This document shows positions 1 to 9,212 of a stretch of DNA of 64,000 nt, piece after piece. The position numbers and the translations under genes are program-made. Within the stretch, counting starts at the first letter, position 1. Each line of letters starts with the position of its first letter. Below the pieces are notes generated by a model. That model did no database searches, was not told where the DNA came from, and was given only the letters and a program-made list of their open reading frames with translations. The stretch is from positions 383 through 64,382 of the forward strand of contig JAAYKE010000067.1 in assembly GCA_012522575.1 (NCBI GenBank), written 5' to 3'. The stretch is from Armatimonadota bacterium. GTDB taxonomy: Bacteria > Armatimonadota > UBA5829.

Positions 1-837
1 CCAGACATACTGCCCGCCGTTGGCGACTGCGTTTGACGGAAATTGCGTATCGGTCAGCCAAAGTCCCACGTCGAAATAGTGCGCGCCAAGCACGGCTATC
101 GGGCCGTTGGTGTAGTCGCGATAGAGTTGCCATTCACCATAATGATGAGGATCGAACGGTCGATCAGGCAGGTGCATCAGGAAGCGCTTCCAGTCGACGT
201 CCTCCGCCTTGATGCCGCTCACATTTTGCCGCCAGCGCGGGCCGCAGTCGTTCCAGCCAACCTCTACCCTGCTTATCGCGCCCAGCACGCCGGACTGCAC
301 CAGCTTTGCCGCGGCTTTCCAGTTGCCCTCGCTTCTTCGCTGAGTGCCTACCTGCACGACACACTTGGACGCTTTGAACGCATCCATCGCGGCGTTGGCC
401 TGATCGAGGTCCTTTGCAAGGGGTTTTTCTATAAATACATCCTTGCCGGCCTTGATCGCATCCGCAAGAATCCTCGCGTGTGAGAAGTCCGGGGTGGCAA
501 TCACCACCGCATCGACGTCCTTCAGCGCAAGCAGGTCTTCATAGTTTGAAAAGCCTTTCGGATCGGCCCCGTAGCGTTCTTTGACCTTTGCGGCCATCTG
601 CTCTCGTCTCACGCGCCAGGTGTCGCATATCGCAGTGACCTCGGCATTGAGGGCTTTATCGACGGCTTTGATGTCATTAAATAGTTGGTTGCCGCGAACT
701 CCTACGCCGATCATGCCGATAGATATCCGATCGTTTGCGGCAAACGCGCGGGAGCTTGTCAGCCCTGCGCCCGCAAGCGCGATCCCCGCCGCCGCGCCCG
801 CCAGAAATTCTCTCCTGCTGATTCCGTTTTCAGTCAT
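1..837 (-). CDS. Gfo/Idh/MocA family oxidoreductase with twin-arginine (Tat) signal; the C-terminal part lies beyond the window start
   Basis: Not in the ORF track because it runs off the edge. Reverse-strand translation from the ATG at 835-837 gives MTENGISRREFLAGAAAGIALAGAGLTSS...IGMIGVGVRGNQLF...DAVVIATPDFSHA (RR Tat motif plus Rossmann GxGxxG). It is a paralog of the next gene. Confidence 0.7.
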   Translation of the reverse strand, partial: MTENGISRREFLAGAAAGIALAGAGLTSSRAFAANDRISIGMIGVGVRGNQLFNDIKAVDKALNAEVTAICDTWRVRREQMAAKVKERYGADPKGFSNYEDLLALKDVDAVVIATPDFSHARILADAIKAGKDVFIEKPLAKDLDQANAAMDAFKASKCVVQVGTQRRSEGNWKAAAKLVQSGVLGAISRVEVGWNDCGPRWRQNVSGIKAEDVDWKRFLMHLPDRPFDPHHYGEWQLYRDYTNGPIAVLGAHYFDVGLWLTDTQFPSNAVANGGQYVW

Positions 838-849
838 GGCAAAGTCATC

Positions 850-2124
850 CTATATTTTATAAAGTGACGCAGGAATATCGGTCCACGCCCTGTTTTCCAT
901 CGCTTCATTGGCCTTGATCGCCGCTAAACAAGTCTCCAATCCGACCCTGGCCGAACACATAGGCTCATGTCCATCTCTCAAGGTCTGGAAGAAGTCCTCA
1001 AGCTCCAGAGTATATGCATCTTTTTTGAGGTTGGCGATCTCGTCGGCTATGGAGCTGCCTTCCGCTGCTTCTTTTTGCAGACGCGGAGACTTGCTGGCGT
1101 CGAGGGTGATTCCTCCCTTGCCGTCGGTTGCCTCCTTTTTGGCCATGCTCTCCCATATCTCCTCGTCTGTTTTAGGCTCCCTGTAGAATGTGCACGGCCC
1201 TTCGGACAGGATCATCGTGCCCTTGGTTCCCATAATCTGTTCGGTTGCGCCATCGAACTGATTGGTTGTGAGTGACTGGAACGTATATTTGACTCCGTTG
1301 GGATATTCAAAGACCATCTGTACGTTGTCGAATATATCTCTGCCGTCCTTCCAGTAGTCCAGCCCGCCTATGCCGACCACCGCAGACGGAACCTGCCCGA
1401 TCATCCAGTTGACCACGTCGATCTGGTGGCTGCCAAGCTCGGCCATCAAGCCCTGCGAGGACTTTTTATAAAGCCGCCAGTTGGTGAGTTCCTCGGTGGA
1501 GTCCTGCGCTACCGGCCTGCGCCAGCTTGCGTTGCGGTTCCACTGTGAGCGAACGTGGGTAATCTCACCGAGCAGCCCATCCTGAATCATCTTATGCGCG
1601 TGTCGATACCTGGGATTATAGCGCCGCTGGTGGCCGATCTGGAGCTTTCTGCCGGTCTGACGTGCAACGCGCGCCATGTGTATTGCGCCTTCGGTGGAAT
1701 AGGCCATCATTTTCTCGCACAGCACATGTTTGCCGGCGCGCAATGAGTCCACCGTCATCGACTCATGAAGCCCGATGGGAGTGGCGATTATCACGGCCTG
1801 TATGCTTTTGTCGTCCAGCATCTCGCGGTAGTCCGCATATCCCCTGGCCCCTTTTGCGATGTCAAGGCCGCGCTGAAGATGCTTTGGCTGAATGTCACAA
1901 CACGCAACTACCTTGACGTTTGGTATTTTGATGGTCTTGGACAACAGCATTCCGCCCTCGCTGCCGACTCCGATGAGCGCGGCGTTAATGGTATCGTTTG
2001 GCCCGATCATATCGGCCTGCGCATGGGTAAACACGCCAATGCTGCCCATCCCGATCGTCGCCGCAGTAGCAACGGCGCCCTTCAAAAAATCTCTTCTGCT
2101 CAATCCATCTGTCTGTTGGGTCAT
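850..2124 (-). CDS. Gfo/Idh/MocA family oxidoreductase, Tat-secreted (periplasmic sugar dehydrogenase-like)
   Basis: 424 aa with the SRRDFLKGAVATAA Tat motif, IGVGSEGG Rossmann motif, and a C-terminal oxidoreductase domain. Confidence 0.8.
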   Translation of the reverse strand: MTQQTDGLSRRDFLKGAVATAATIGMGSIGVFTHAQADMIGPNDTINAALIGVGSEGGMLLSKTIKIPNVKVVACCDIQPKHLQRGLDIAKGARGYADYREMLDDKSIQAVIIATPIGLHESMTVDSLRAGKHVLCEKMMAYSTEGAIHMARVARQTGRKLQIGHQRRYNPRYRHAHKMIQDGLLGEITHVRSQWNRNASWRRPVAQDSTEELTNWRLYKKSSQGLMAELGSHQIDVVNWMIGQVPSAVVGIGGLDYWKDGRDIFDNVQMVFEYPNGVKYTFQSLTTNQFDGATEQIMGTKGTMILSEGPCTFYREPKTDEEIWESMAKKEATDGKGGITLDASKSPRLQKEAAEGSSIADEIANLKKDAYTLELEDFFQTLRDGHEPMCSARVGLETCLAAIKANEAMENRAWTDIPASLYKI

Positions 2125-2172
2125 AGTTATCTCCGTTGATTTGCACAGGGTGGCTCGCCACCTGTCGATCTT

Positions 2173-3051
2173 TTAGTTTTTTATATCATTGACGCGCCCT
2201 TCGGCGTTGACAAACACCGCTCGCACGCCCGGATAATCATCAATCAATCTGGCTCCCCGCAGATAAAACGCGGTCGAAAGCGCATCCGAAATCATAGCAT
2301 CGCGCGTAATCACACTCACCGAAGCCGCCGCGCTTTGCGCCATTGCGCCGGTTTTCGGATCGATTATATGTTCAAAACACTCGGCCACATCAGGATCTCG
2401 CTGGTCAGGTCCTCCTGAGGTCGACATTGCCTGATCGTTTAATTCGATCTCGAAAACGCGCTCATCAAACCTGGAAGGATGCCTTATGCCGACGGTCCAA
2501 CTGCCAATCGACTTAATTGTGCTCCGTCCGCCGCTGACAAGAGCCGACGTCACGCCGTATTCGCGCAAAATCGCCGATGCCTGTCTGACCGCATAGCCCT
2601 TGCCTATCGCGCCCAGATTTATTTTTATCCCCGGCCTGTCAAACCGAACTTCATGGGTTTGTTCATCGAGGAGAACATAGCCCATCCCGACGTTTTCCAG
2701 CGCATCCTCCACAGCCTGTTTATCCGGCGCGACTCCGGTGTTTTCGGCGTTTCTCCACAGGTCAATCAGCGGCCCTGCCGTGACATCAAACCCCTGATCC
2801 GAGCCGCGCCATATATCCTTTGCGACGCTCAATATATCGAACAACTCAGGAGTCACCATAACCGCCCTGTGTGCGGCCTCATCGTTGAGATGAGAGACCT
2901 CTGATGCCGCCCTGAAACAACTCAGTTCCCTGTCCAGCCGCTGTATCTCATCGAAAGCCAGATTCGCGATGTCCCGCAGAGCCTGCCTTTCCGTCTCCTC
3001 AAATATTATCTCAAACACACACGCCATAGCGGGTCGGGAGACTCTCATCAT
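2173..3051 (-). CDS. apbE: FAD:protein FMN transferase (ApbE family)
   Basis: 292 aa with ApbE-like core motifs (NLGAIGKGYAV, conserved C-terminal region). No obvious signal peptide. Confidence 0.7.
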   Translation of the reverse strand: MMRVSRPAMACVFEIIFEETERQALRDIANLAFDEIQRLDRELSCFRAASEVSHLNDEAAHRAVMVTPELFDILSVAKDIWRGSDQGFDVTAGPLIDLWRNAENTGVAPDKQAVEDALENVGMGYVLLDEQTHEVRFDRPGIKINLGAIGKGYAVRQASAILREYGVTSALVSGGRSTIKSIGSWTVGIRHPSRFDERVFEIELNDQAMSTSGGPDQRDPDVAECFEHIIDPKTGAMAQSAAASVSVITRDAMISDALSTAFYLRGARLIDDYPGVRAVFVNAEGRVNDIKN

Positions 3052-3066
3052 ATCCGCCTCTCGACT

Positions 3067-3759
3067 CTACGGATTGAGCCTGTATGTCGCCCATTTCGAC
3101 CCATTGATCACAAGCTGCTGAAAGCCGGGATTTTCGAACGCTTCCCTGCCGTGGCCGAGGGTATTTATAAACACTCTGCCCTTGCCGTAGTACTGCACCC
3201 ACGCCACCGGCTCGCTGTCTTTATCCCGCCGCGCCAGCGTTATCAGTTTGGACTCAGGGTGGAAATCGTCGCAGTAGGTCTCGTCTTTGACCTCAAATGC
3301 GGACATCGTGCGCACAATCGAGTGGCTTTTGCCGGTTATATTGACCTTAAACAGCTCATTTCCGTGTCTGGTGAATCGGCCGCCCACCATTTTCCAGTAG
3401 GCGTCGGATTCCAAAAACGTATCAGTGGCGCAATGAATGCCCACAAATCCCTTTCCTCCGGCGACAAAATCCAACAGTCCCTTTTCCTGATCCGGAGTCG
3501 GGGTAAGACGAGTGGTATACATAATAATCAAATCGTAATTTTTGATGTTATCCGCTTTGAACTGATCGAGGTCTCTGGATATGGTGACGGTGAAGTCGCC
3601 GGTGGCTTCCATAAAGTTTTTCAGAATCGGATACAGATCGGGGTTATCGTGGTGCGGCCCGCCGACCATCATCAGCGCTTTGGAAGGGGCCTGCCTGACC
3701 TCGCTTCCCCAAGCCGGAATTGATAGCAACAATAAAACAACTAAAAGCTTGATTCTCAT
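3067..3759 (-). CDS. ThuA-like (trehalose-utilisation family) protein, secreted
   Basis: 230 aa with an N-terminal signal peptide (MRIKLLVVLLLLSIPAWG) and ThuA-family pattern. It is adjacent to Gfo/Idh/MocA dehydrogenases, as is typical. Confidence 0.65.
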   Translation of the reverse strand: MRIKLLVVLLLLSIPAWGSEVRQAPSKALMMVGGPHHDNPDLYPILKNFMEATGDFTVTISRDLDQFKADNIKNYDLIIMYTTRLTPTPDQEKGLLDFVAGGKGFVGIHCATDTFLESDAYWKMVGGRFTRHGNELFKVNITGKSHSIVRTMSAFEVKDETYCDDFHPESKLITLARRDKDSEPVAWVQYYGKGRVFINTLGHGREAFENPGFQQLVINGSKWATYRLNP

Positions 3760-3861
3760 TGGCGACCTCCCGCATTAGCGCAATTCAAGTGGGACTGCAC
3801 AGCTATGGCAAGTCTACCATAGCATCCCAACATTCTCAAGCACGACCCGGCTGCGTAAAAG

Positions 3862-4150
3862 CTCACGAGTGATGATATCTAGAGGTTGGAGGTTGGAAGT
3901 TAGAGGTTAGACAAGACGGTATCTCAATTCGTTCGAAATGACACAGCTTGCCTGGCTGGGACAGAGACCAGCCACTACGGTTTAGAGGTTGGAAGTTAGA
4001 GGTTAGAGGTTGGGAATGGGGTGGCGATACCGGCTCGAACTTCGGACATCTGACCTCGGACATCGAAAAAAGCAGATTTCTCGCTGCGCTCGAAATGACA
4101 TAGTATATGTGGCTGGGACAGAGGCCAGCCACGACCACTCACGAAGAGTG
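3862..4150. repeat. Composite MITE-like intergenic repeat, copy A. Contains two heptamer arrays (TAGAGGTTGGAGGTTGGAAGTTAGAGGTTAGA...) and a conserved core GGCGATACCGGCTCGAACTTCGGACATCTGACCTCGGACATCGAAAAAAGCAGATTTCTC..CGAAATGACA, bounded by GCTCACGAGTGAT / CACTCACGAAGAGTGAG termini
   Basis: Near-identical sequence blocks recur at 18807-19078 (inverted), 47968-48088 (inverted, partial) and 63003-63365 (two tandem units). ORF-track entries 3863..4138-, 3996..4187- and 4010..4381+ are artefacts of this repeat. Confidence 0.8.
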
Positions 4151-4161
4151 AGTTATTACGT

Positions 4162-5127
4162 TCAGGGTTTTTTCTTGTTGCTCTCACGAGGAGTGCTGTA
4201 TAGAGGAACGCTCGCGCTTGATCGAACCAGCGCCCAGGTGGTGATGCCGTCTTTATCCTGCACGATATCCTTGCCGATAGCCGTAATTATCAGCATCACG
4301 CTCGATGATCCCTTGAAAACTCCTGCAGGTATGGTGTTCGTAACTATATGCGGCGGGATGAGCACGCCATATTTTATATAATCCGCCAGATCCGAAGAGC
4401 TTACCGGCCTGTTTTCTATATTATGCGCAAGATCGGGTTTTGCGCTCGATGTCCACGTGATGGTTCTTTTTTGATTGCCTCCGTATGCTCTGAGAATATA
4501 GCCCACCGCACCCGGTACTGGCATCCATTTCAGCGAAATCGGCTTTTCCAGATCGTGCTGCGCGGCGGTGGTGATATTGATCGGAGGAAGAAAGTTTTGG
4601 TCACTGGTCAACTCCACCGAGGTAGCTCCGCAGTAGGTTGTATTCAATTTATATGCGCCCTCAAGTTTAGCGGTATCCTCGTATGCTTTCGGATCGATTG
4701 CCGGCCAGAATGCGAACGATTTATCGGGAATAATTTGCTGGGCTTCGCTTTCCACATTTTTGTCGGAACCGGTTATTTTTGGCTGATCGGCTGCTATGCT
4801 TCGCCCGCTTCCCCAATATTCTCTAAGCTCAAATTTGGCTGTTTCGGGCTTGGCTGCGGAGCTGTTTGCGGAATCTATAGTCAGCTTGACTTCATTGCCG
4901 ACCCCGAGCGCAGCCGGGACGACCACGCTGGCTTTGGCTGCGCGATCGGCGGGCATATCGGAGGCAAGTTCTATATGCAGCGACCTGAAGGCCAATGGCT
5001 TGCCGGCTTCTCCTGTTTCGGGGACCGACGGAAAGAAAAGCCTCGATGTGGTTATGGTTATTACAAACAGAGTTTTGAGTAAAGTCAATTGAAATGCTCC
5101 TTTAGTGCGCACAACGCTTGCAGTCAC
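4162..5127 (-). CDS. Hypothetical secreted protein
   Basis: 321-aa ORF with a hydrophobic N-terminus. No recognisable family. Confidence 0.45.
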   Translation of the reverse strand: MTASVVRTKGAFQLTLLKTLFVITITTSRLFFPSVPETGEAGKPLAFRSLHIELASDMPADRAAKASVVVPAALGVGNEVKLTIDSANSSAAKPETAKFELREYWGSGRSIAADQPKITGSDKNVESEAQQIIPDKSFAFWPAIDPKAYEDTAKLEGAYKLNTTYCGATSVELTSDQNFLPPINITTAAQHDLEKPISLKWMPVPGAVGYILRAYGGNQKRTITWTSSAKPDLAHNIENRPVSSSDLADYIKYGVLIPPHIVTNTIPAGVFKGSSSVMLIITAIGKDIVQDKDGITTWALVRSSASVPLYSTPRESNKKKP

Positions 5128-5382
5128 ACTAATTCTGACGTCGATAAACCCGCGCCGGGTTCCCTGTCCGCACTCGTCACATTATACTACTTTGGTAGTA
5201 TTAAAATTAGGTACAAGAGATAATCGACAGCTTGTATGTATGCGGGTAATATACGTATGGTTGGATAGGCAGTTCCGACGAAGCCTTGTGAAGTGCGATA
5301 GTAGTCATTATCATTTTTTGGGCTTCCGGAGAAGATGTTTACAACCCATCGTCAAAATTGGAAAAGTGAATAGCACGAAGAA

Positions 5383-5410
5383 GTTGAAAAGCTCGGTGAA
5401 AGCCGGGCTT
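5383..5410 (-). terminator. Rho-independent terminator candidate downstream of the hydrolase gene (hairpin AGCCCGGCTTTCACCGAGCT followed by a U-run on the minus strand)
   Basis: Imperfect 7-bp stem plus T-tract, read on the reverse strand, immediately 3' of the stop at 5418. Confidence 0.4.
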
Positions 5411-5417
5411 TTCGCAT

Positions 5418-7673
5418 TTATGGATTGGGCGATCCCTGATAATATATCACGCCGGTCGGATCGCTCATCCGTATCCCATAATCCGACCCGCTCGGCAATT
5501 CCGAACATATTCCGGAAACAGATACATAAGAGCCGATTTCCGCATCTGCGGCGCAATCGCCGAATACGGTGACACGCAGGCCGGCATCCAATTCAAATCC
5601 GCCGGGCAATATATCGCGCACGACTCCCCACACTTTCGTAAGCAATCCAAGTTCAAGTGGTTTGCCGACTCCGAAGAAAGGACGTGTAAGCCCGAACGGT
5701 CGCAGAGCACAGTTGCCGTGCACCGAGATGCTTCCCGCAGATATGTCAACCGCTGCCACGCCGCAATGAGTTTTCTTGACACCACGCAGACGAATAACAT
5801 TCCCCGGCGCAAGATCACTGGCTCCCAGGATGGCAATTGCAGGTATGCGATTCGACGCGCAACCGTAACAGACATCCTCAAAGGTCGCAGTAACAATCAC
5901 CTCATCTACATCGACTTCGCTGCCTTCAGGCAGGGCGATCACATCCGCGATGCTTTGCCCGGAAACCTTGCGTATGGTCAGTGTGCGATAGTTGTTGTCG
6001 AATGGAAGATCGGCCACCGTGAAGAATCTATTGCGCTCAGCCGTAACATAGCCCGACGTTATGGCTTGGCCGGTGGCAGTATCGGTCAGCGAATATGCAA
6101 GACGCTGGCCGGCTGCAAAGCTGAAATTCTGAAGCCTGCGCGCCGAGACATCGGCAGTAGGGGATCTTCCGGCGACGGTGTATTTGATATCCGCCGCCCA
6201 TTTGTCCTCAGTGTCGGAGATTATGCGCCAGTCGTACCCGGCATTCATCTGCCCGATGCTGTCGCCGTTTATCGGATCCCCGTTGCCGGGATCGTCATTG
6301 ACCGAGGAATTGCTTATGGCGGGGTAGCTCTGGTTTCTCCTGTGCTTGTTATATATGTCCCAGTTGACGAATTCGGACGGCAGTCCTGTCGAGCTGCTTA
6401 CGTGGCCACCCTGGCCCCAGGCAGCCATAAACCCGTGCCTGTTGGCGTTGAGATTTTTGTAGAATTGGGGAACCTGGAACCACGGCAGCGTCTCGTCATT
6501 TTTGGAATTCTGCACTTTTATAAACGGCAGGTCACAGCAATTGTCGGCCACGTAGGCGGTTGTATTTTGTCGATCCCATACGCCTGCGCCGTCATTTGTC
6601 GGCAAGTTGTCCTGCACCGATCCCCAAATATGCGTAAGTTGACTCTGTGACCACCCGATGCCCTCAAGACCCGGATTGACCTGCGGAACAGTTGCGCTGA
6701 TGGCGGCGAAAAGGTCGGGATGTCTGAGGCCAAAGGAAAGCGCGCCCGTTGCGCCCATAGAACCACCTGCCACGCTGACCCTGTCCGGGTCGATCGGAAA
6801 CGCCGACTTTGCCCACTGCAGCATATTGAGCAACATGTTCTCGGTGTAGTTGAATACGATCCCTGAACCAGCATTTGGGTAGCCGTTGGCATACCCATAC
6901 CACCACGTATTGCCGCCATAAGGAAGCTTTGGGGAGCAGTCCATAGGGGAGACTATAATAATATTCCACCAGGTCGCAATCCTGTTGCAGCCGTTTATTG
7001 CGTGCAGATTCAGCACTGTGGAATACAGCCCGGACAGGTTTGGCTTGGGAAGGGTGACGGTCACTTTGGTAGCTTCGCCGTCAAAAGCGGTCTCATCGGC
7101 TCGTTTGAACCACGTATAGGTCTTCCAGGGATAGTCATATCCCGAAATCGTTTGCACCCCTTGTTCATCGAGCGCCGGAACCGCAGGGCCGGACTCCTCG
7201 CTGATCGGCGCGGCAAGGCTGTTTTGCCCAATCGTGATTTCGCAATCTTCGTATCCGTCGGGATTGACGCCCGTGACGGCGTAATAGCGGGATGCCGATT
7301 GAGTGACTGTCATAACTTTCAAACAGTCAGCCGGGTTCAAAGGCTCGGCAAGGTCGAAGATTCTATATCCCCTGTTTGGGTCTTGCTTATTTTGCCTTGT
7401 TGCGGCCGAGGTTGCCGCCGCATCCTTTGCGCTGTGCAATGGAGAGTTGGATTCCACTAATTCGGCAAATGCCAGGGAAGAGCTGTCGATCGGGCTGCTG
7501 CTGCGATAGATATTGTAGCCGACATACTGCGTATCCGGATCGGACCAATGCAAAAACACCTGCCCGCCGCGGCAGAAAGCGTTTTCTATAACGATATCAG
7601 CGCAACACCCTGCCGACATGCCCAATAATATCGATAGCGTTGCTATGATCAGAACAATGTGCTTAAACGTCAT
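5418..7673 (-). CDS. Secreted alpha/beta-hydrolase-fold protein (esterase/peptidase-like) with a C-terminal beta-rich domain
   Basis: GGSMGATGALSFGLRHPDLFAA matches a GxSxG nucleophile elbow. The likely start is the internal Met (MTFKHIVLIIATLSILLGMSAGC signal peptide) rather than the track start at 7748. Confidence 0.6.
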   Translation of the reverse strand: MTFKHIVLIIATLSILLGMSAGCCADIVIENAFCRGGQVFLHWSDPDTQYVGYNIYRSSSPIDSSSLAFAELVESNSPLHSAKDAAATSAATRQNKQDPNRGYRIFDLAEPLNPADCLKVMTVTQSASRYYAVTGVNPDGYEDCEITIGQNSLAAPISEESGPAVPALDEQGVQTISGYDYPWKTYTWFKRADETAFDGEATKVTVTLPKPNLSGLYSTVLNLHAINGCNRIATWWNIIIVSPMDCSPKLPYGGNTWWYGYANGYPNAGSGIVFNYTENMLLNMLQWAKSAFPIDPDRVSVAGGSMGATGALSFGLRHPDLFAAISATVPQVNPGLEGIGWSQSQLTHIWGSVQDNLPTNDGAGVWDRQNTTAYVADNCCDLPFIKVQNSKNDETLPWFQVPQFYKNLNANRHGFMAAWGQGGHVSSSTGLPSEFVNWDIYNKHRRNQSYPAISNSSVNDDPGNGDPINGDSIGQMNAGYDWRIISDTEDKWAADIKYTVAGRSPTADVSARRLQNFSFAAGQRLAYSLTDTATGQAITSGYVTAERNRFFTVADLPFDNNYRTLTIRKVSGQSIADVIALPEGSEVDVDEVIVTATFEDVCYGCASNRIPAIAILGASDLAPGNVIRLRGVKKTHCGVAAVDISAGSISVHGNCALRPFGLTRPFFGVGKPLELGLLTKVWGVVRDILPGGFELDAGLRVTVFGDCAADAEIGSYVSVSGICSELPSGSDYGIRMSDPTGVIYYQGSPNP

Positions 7674-7842
7674 GCAGACCCACCCTAGTACAATTACTGT
7701 TGCAAATATTGTACCAATTTGCCGATCCGAGCAGGCCATGCGACGCATTAAAATGCAGCTTCAGACTAGATTGACAACTCCTGCCATCCCCTACTCAAAC
7801 AAAAAGGCCCGCCGGATGACGGGCCTGTGCAATAAAATATTA

Positions 7843-9075
7843 TCAAGCTTTCTCCAGCTCGAACGCCCTGTGCAGCGCTCTTACAGCGTTTTTGACCTGA
7901 TCTCTGGTGATAAGACAGGTGATTCGGATCTCACTCGTCGTTATGGACAAAATGTTAATCTCTGCTTTGGCAAACGCCGTAAACATTTTTTCTGCATAGC
8001 CGGGATTGCTGCGTATTCCGCTGCCGACAATAGACACCTTGGCCACGTTTTGGTCAACCACGACATCTCGCGCTTTGATTTCTTTTGTGACAGGCTCGAT
8101 CGCTTTCTTCGCTTTTTCGAGGTCAGCGTCCTGCACCGTAAACGAGACGTCAGCCAGGCCTTCAGCGCCCACGTTCTGCACGATTACGTCAACGTTGATG
8201 TTCGACGCCGCCAGCGTGCTGAATATCTTCGATGCGATTCCGGGCTGATCCGGCACTCCGCTCACGCTGATTCGCGTCACATCGGTATCATGAGCAATCC
8301 CTCTTACCGGGTTGCGGACTTCCATTTCGTGGTCCTCCTTTTTAATCAGGGTTCCGGGAACGTCCTTTGTGCTGTTGGCAACAAGGATATCGACATCGTA
8401 TAGTTCTCCGAGTTCGACCGCCCTCGAGTGCATCACGCGCGCGCCCTGACCGGCCATCTCCAGCATCTCTTCATAGCTGATCGAATCGAGCTTCCTGGCC
8501 TCGGTCTCCACTCGAGGATCGGCAGTGTAAACCCCGTCAACATCTGTAAATATCTCACATTTATCCGCTTTGAGAGCTGCAGCAAGGGCTACCGCAGTTG
8601 TGTCCGAACCGCCGCGGCCAAGCGTGGTAATATCCGCCCAGCTTGCATTTTCTGTGATCCCCTGGAATCCTGCGACAACTACCACGTTCTTTTTGTTGAG
8701 TTCCTCGCGGAGTCGCTTTACATCTATCTTAAGAATCCTGGCTCTGCCTGCAGTGCGCTCGGTGATAATCCCCGCCTGACCGCCCGTCAACGAGACCGCT
8801 CCCAGACCCAGTTTGTGTATTGCCATCGCCAGCAGCGCGCTTGATGCCTGCTCACCGGTAGCCAGCAGCTTGTCCATTTCACGTTCGTCGGGAATAAAGC
8901 AAAGCTGCCTGGCCATGCTGATAAGCTCGTCGGTAGTATCACCCATAGCCGAAACGACCACCACCACGCTGGCTTCTTTGGCCCGCTCGGCTACCCGCTT
9001 CGCTACTGCAGCGATCTTTTCGGTTGTTGCGACTGAACTGCCGCCGTATTTTTGGACAACTATCACCTGGTCCAA
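7843..9075 (-). CDS. lysC: Aspartate kinase (two C-terminal ACT domains)
   Basis: VVQKYGGSSV N-terminal kinase motif and full aspartokinase architecture. The true start is probably the GTG giving MIVVQKYGG a few codons inside the track start. Confidence 0.9.
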   Translation of the reverse strand: MDQVIVVQKYGGSSVATTEKIAAVAKRVAERAKEASVVVVVSAMGDTTDELISMARQLCFIPDEREMDKLLATGEQASSALLAMAIHKLGLGAVSLTGGQAGIITERTAGRARILKIDVKRLREELNKKNVVVVAGFQGITENASWADITTLGRGGSDTTAVALAAALKADKCEIFTDVDGVYTADPRVETEARKLDSISYEEMLEMAGQGARVMHSRAVELGELYDVDILVANSTKDVPGTLIKKEDHEMEVRNPVRGIAHDTDVTRISVSGVPDQPGIASKIFSTLAASNINVDVIVQNVGAEGLADVSFTVQDADLEKAKKAIEPVTKEIKARDVVVDQNVAKVSIVGSGIRSNPGYAEKMFTAFAKAEINILSITTSEIRITCLITRDQVKNAVRALHRAFELEKA

Positions 9076-9212
9076 CCCCCTGAGCTTAATCCATTAGAGC
9101 ATAACATATTCGGCGTAACGCTGTAAATAGAAGTCAGATAATCCGCCTCATTGCGCGCCAAAAAAACGTCATATCGAGGCCAGCGCCGCGCCCAATCGCC
9201 GCTCCCTAAAAC

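Noticed and set aside
43-483. 146-aa plus-strand ORF at the window start
   Set aside because: It is antisense to the Tat-signal Gfo/Idh/MocA gene, which runs off the window edge and has clear family motifs.
3863-4381. Track ORFs 3863..4138-, 3996..4187- and 4010..4381+, and analogous ORFs at 18813..19022, 47834..48104 and 63012..63513 (shared peptides such as MGMVWRYRLELRTSDLGHRKKQIS)
   Set aside because: They lie wholly within the MITE-like repeat copies. The shared peptides reflect repeated DNA, not conserved proteins, and the copies occur in both orientations.
7618-8403. 261-aa plus-strand ORF overlapping lysC
   Set aside because: It is antisense to a highly conserved aspartokinase gene, with no RBS or family signal.
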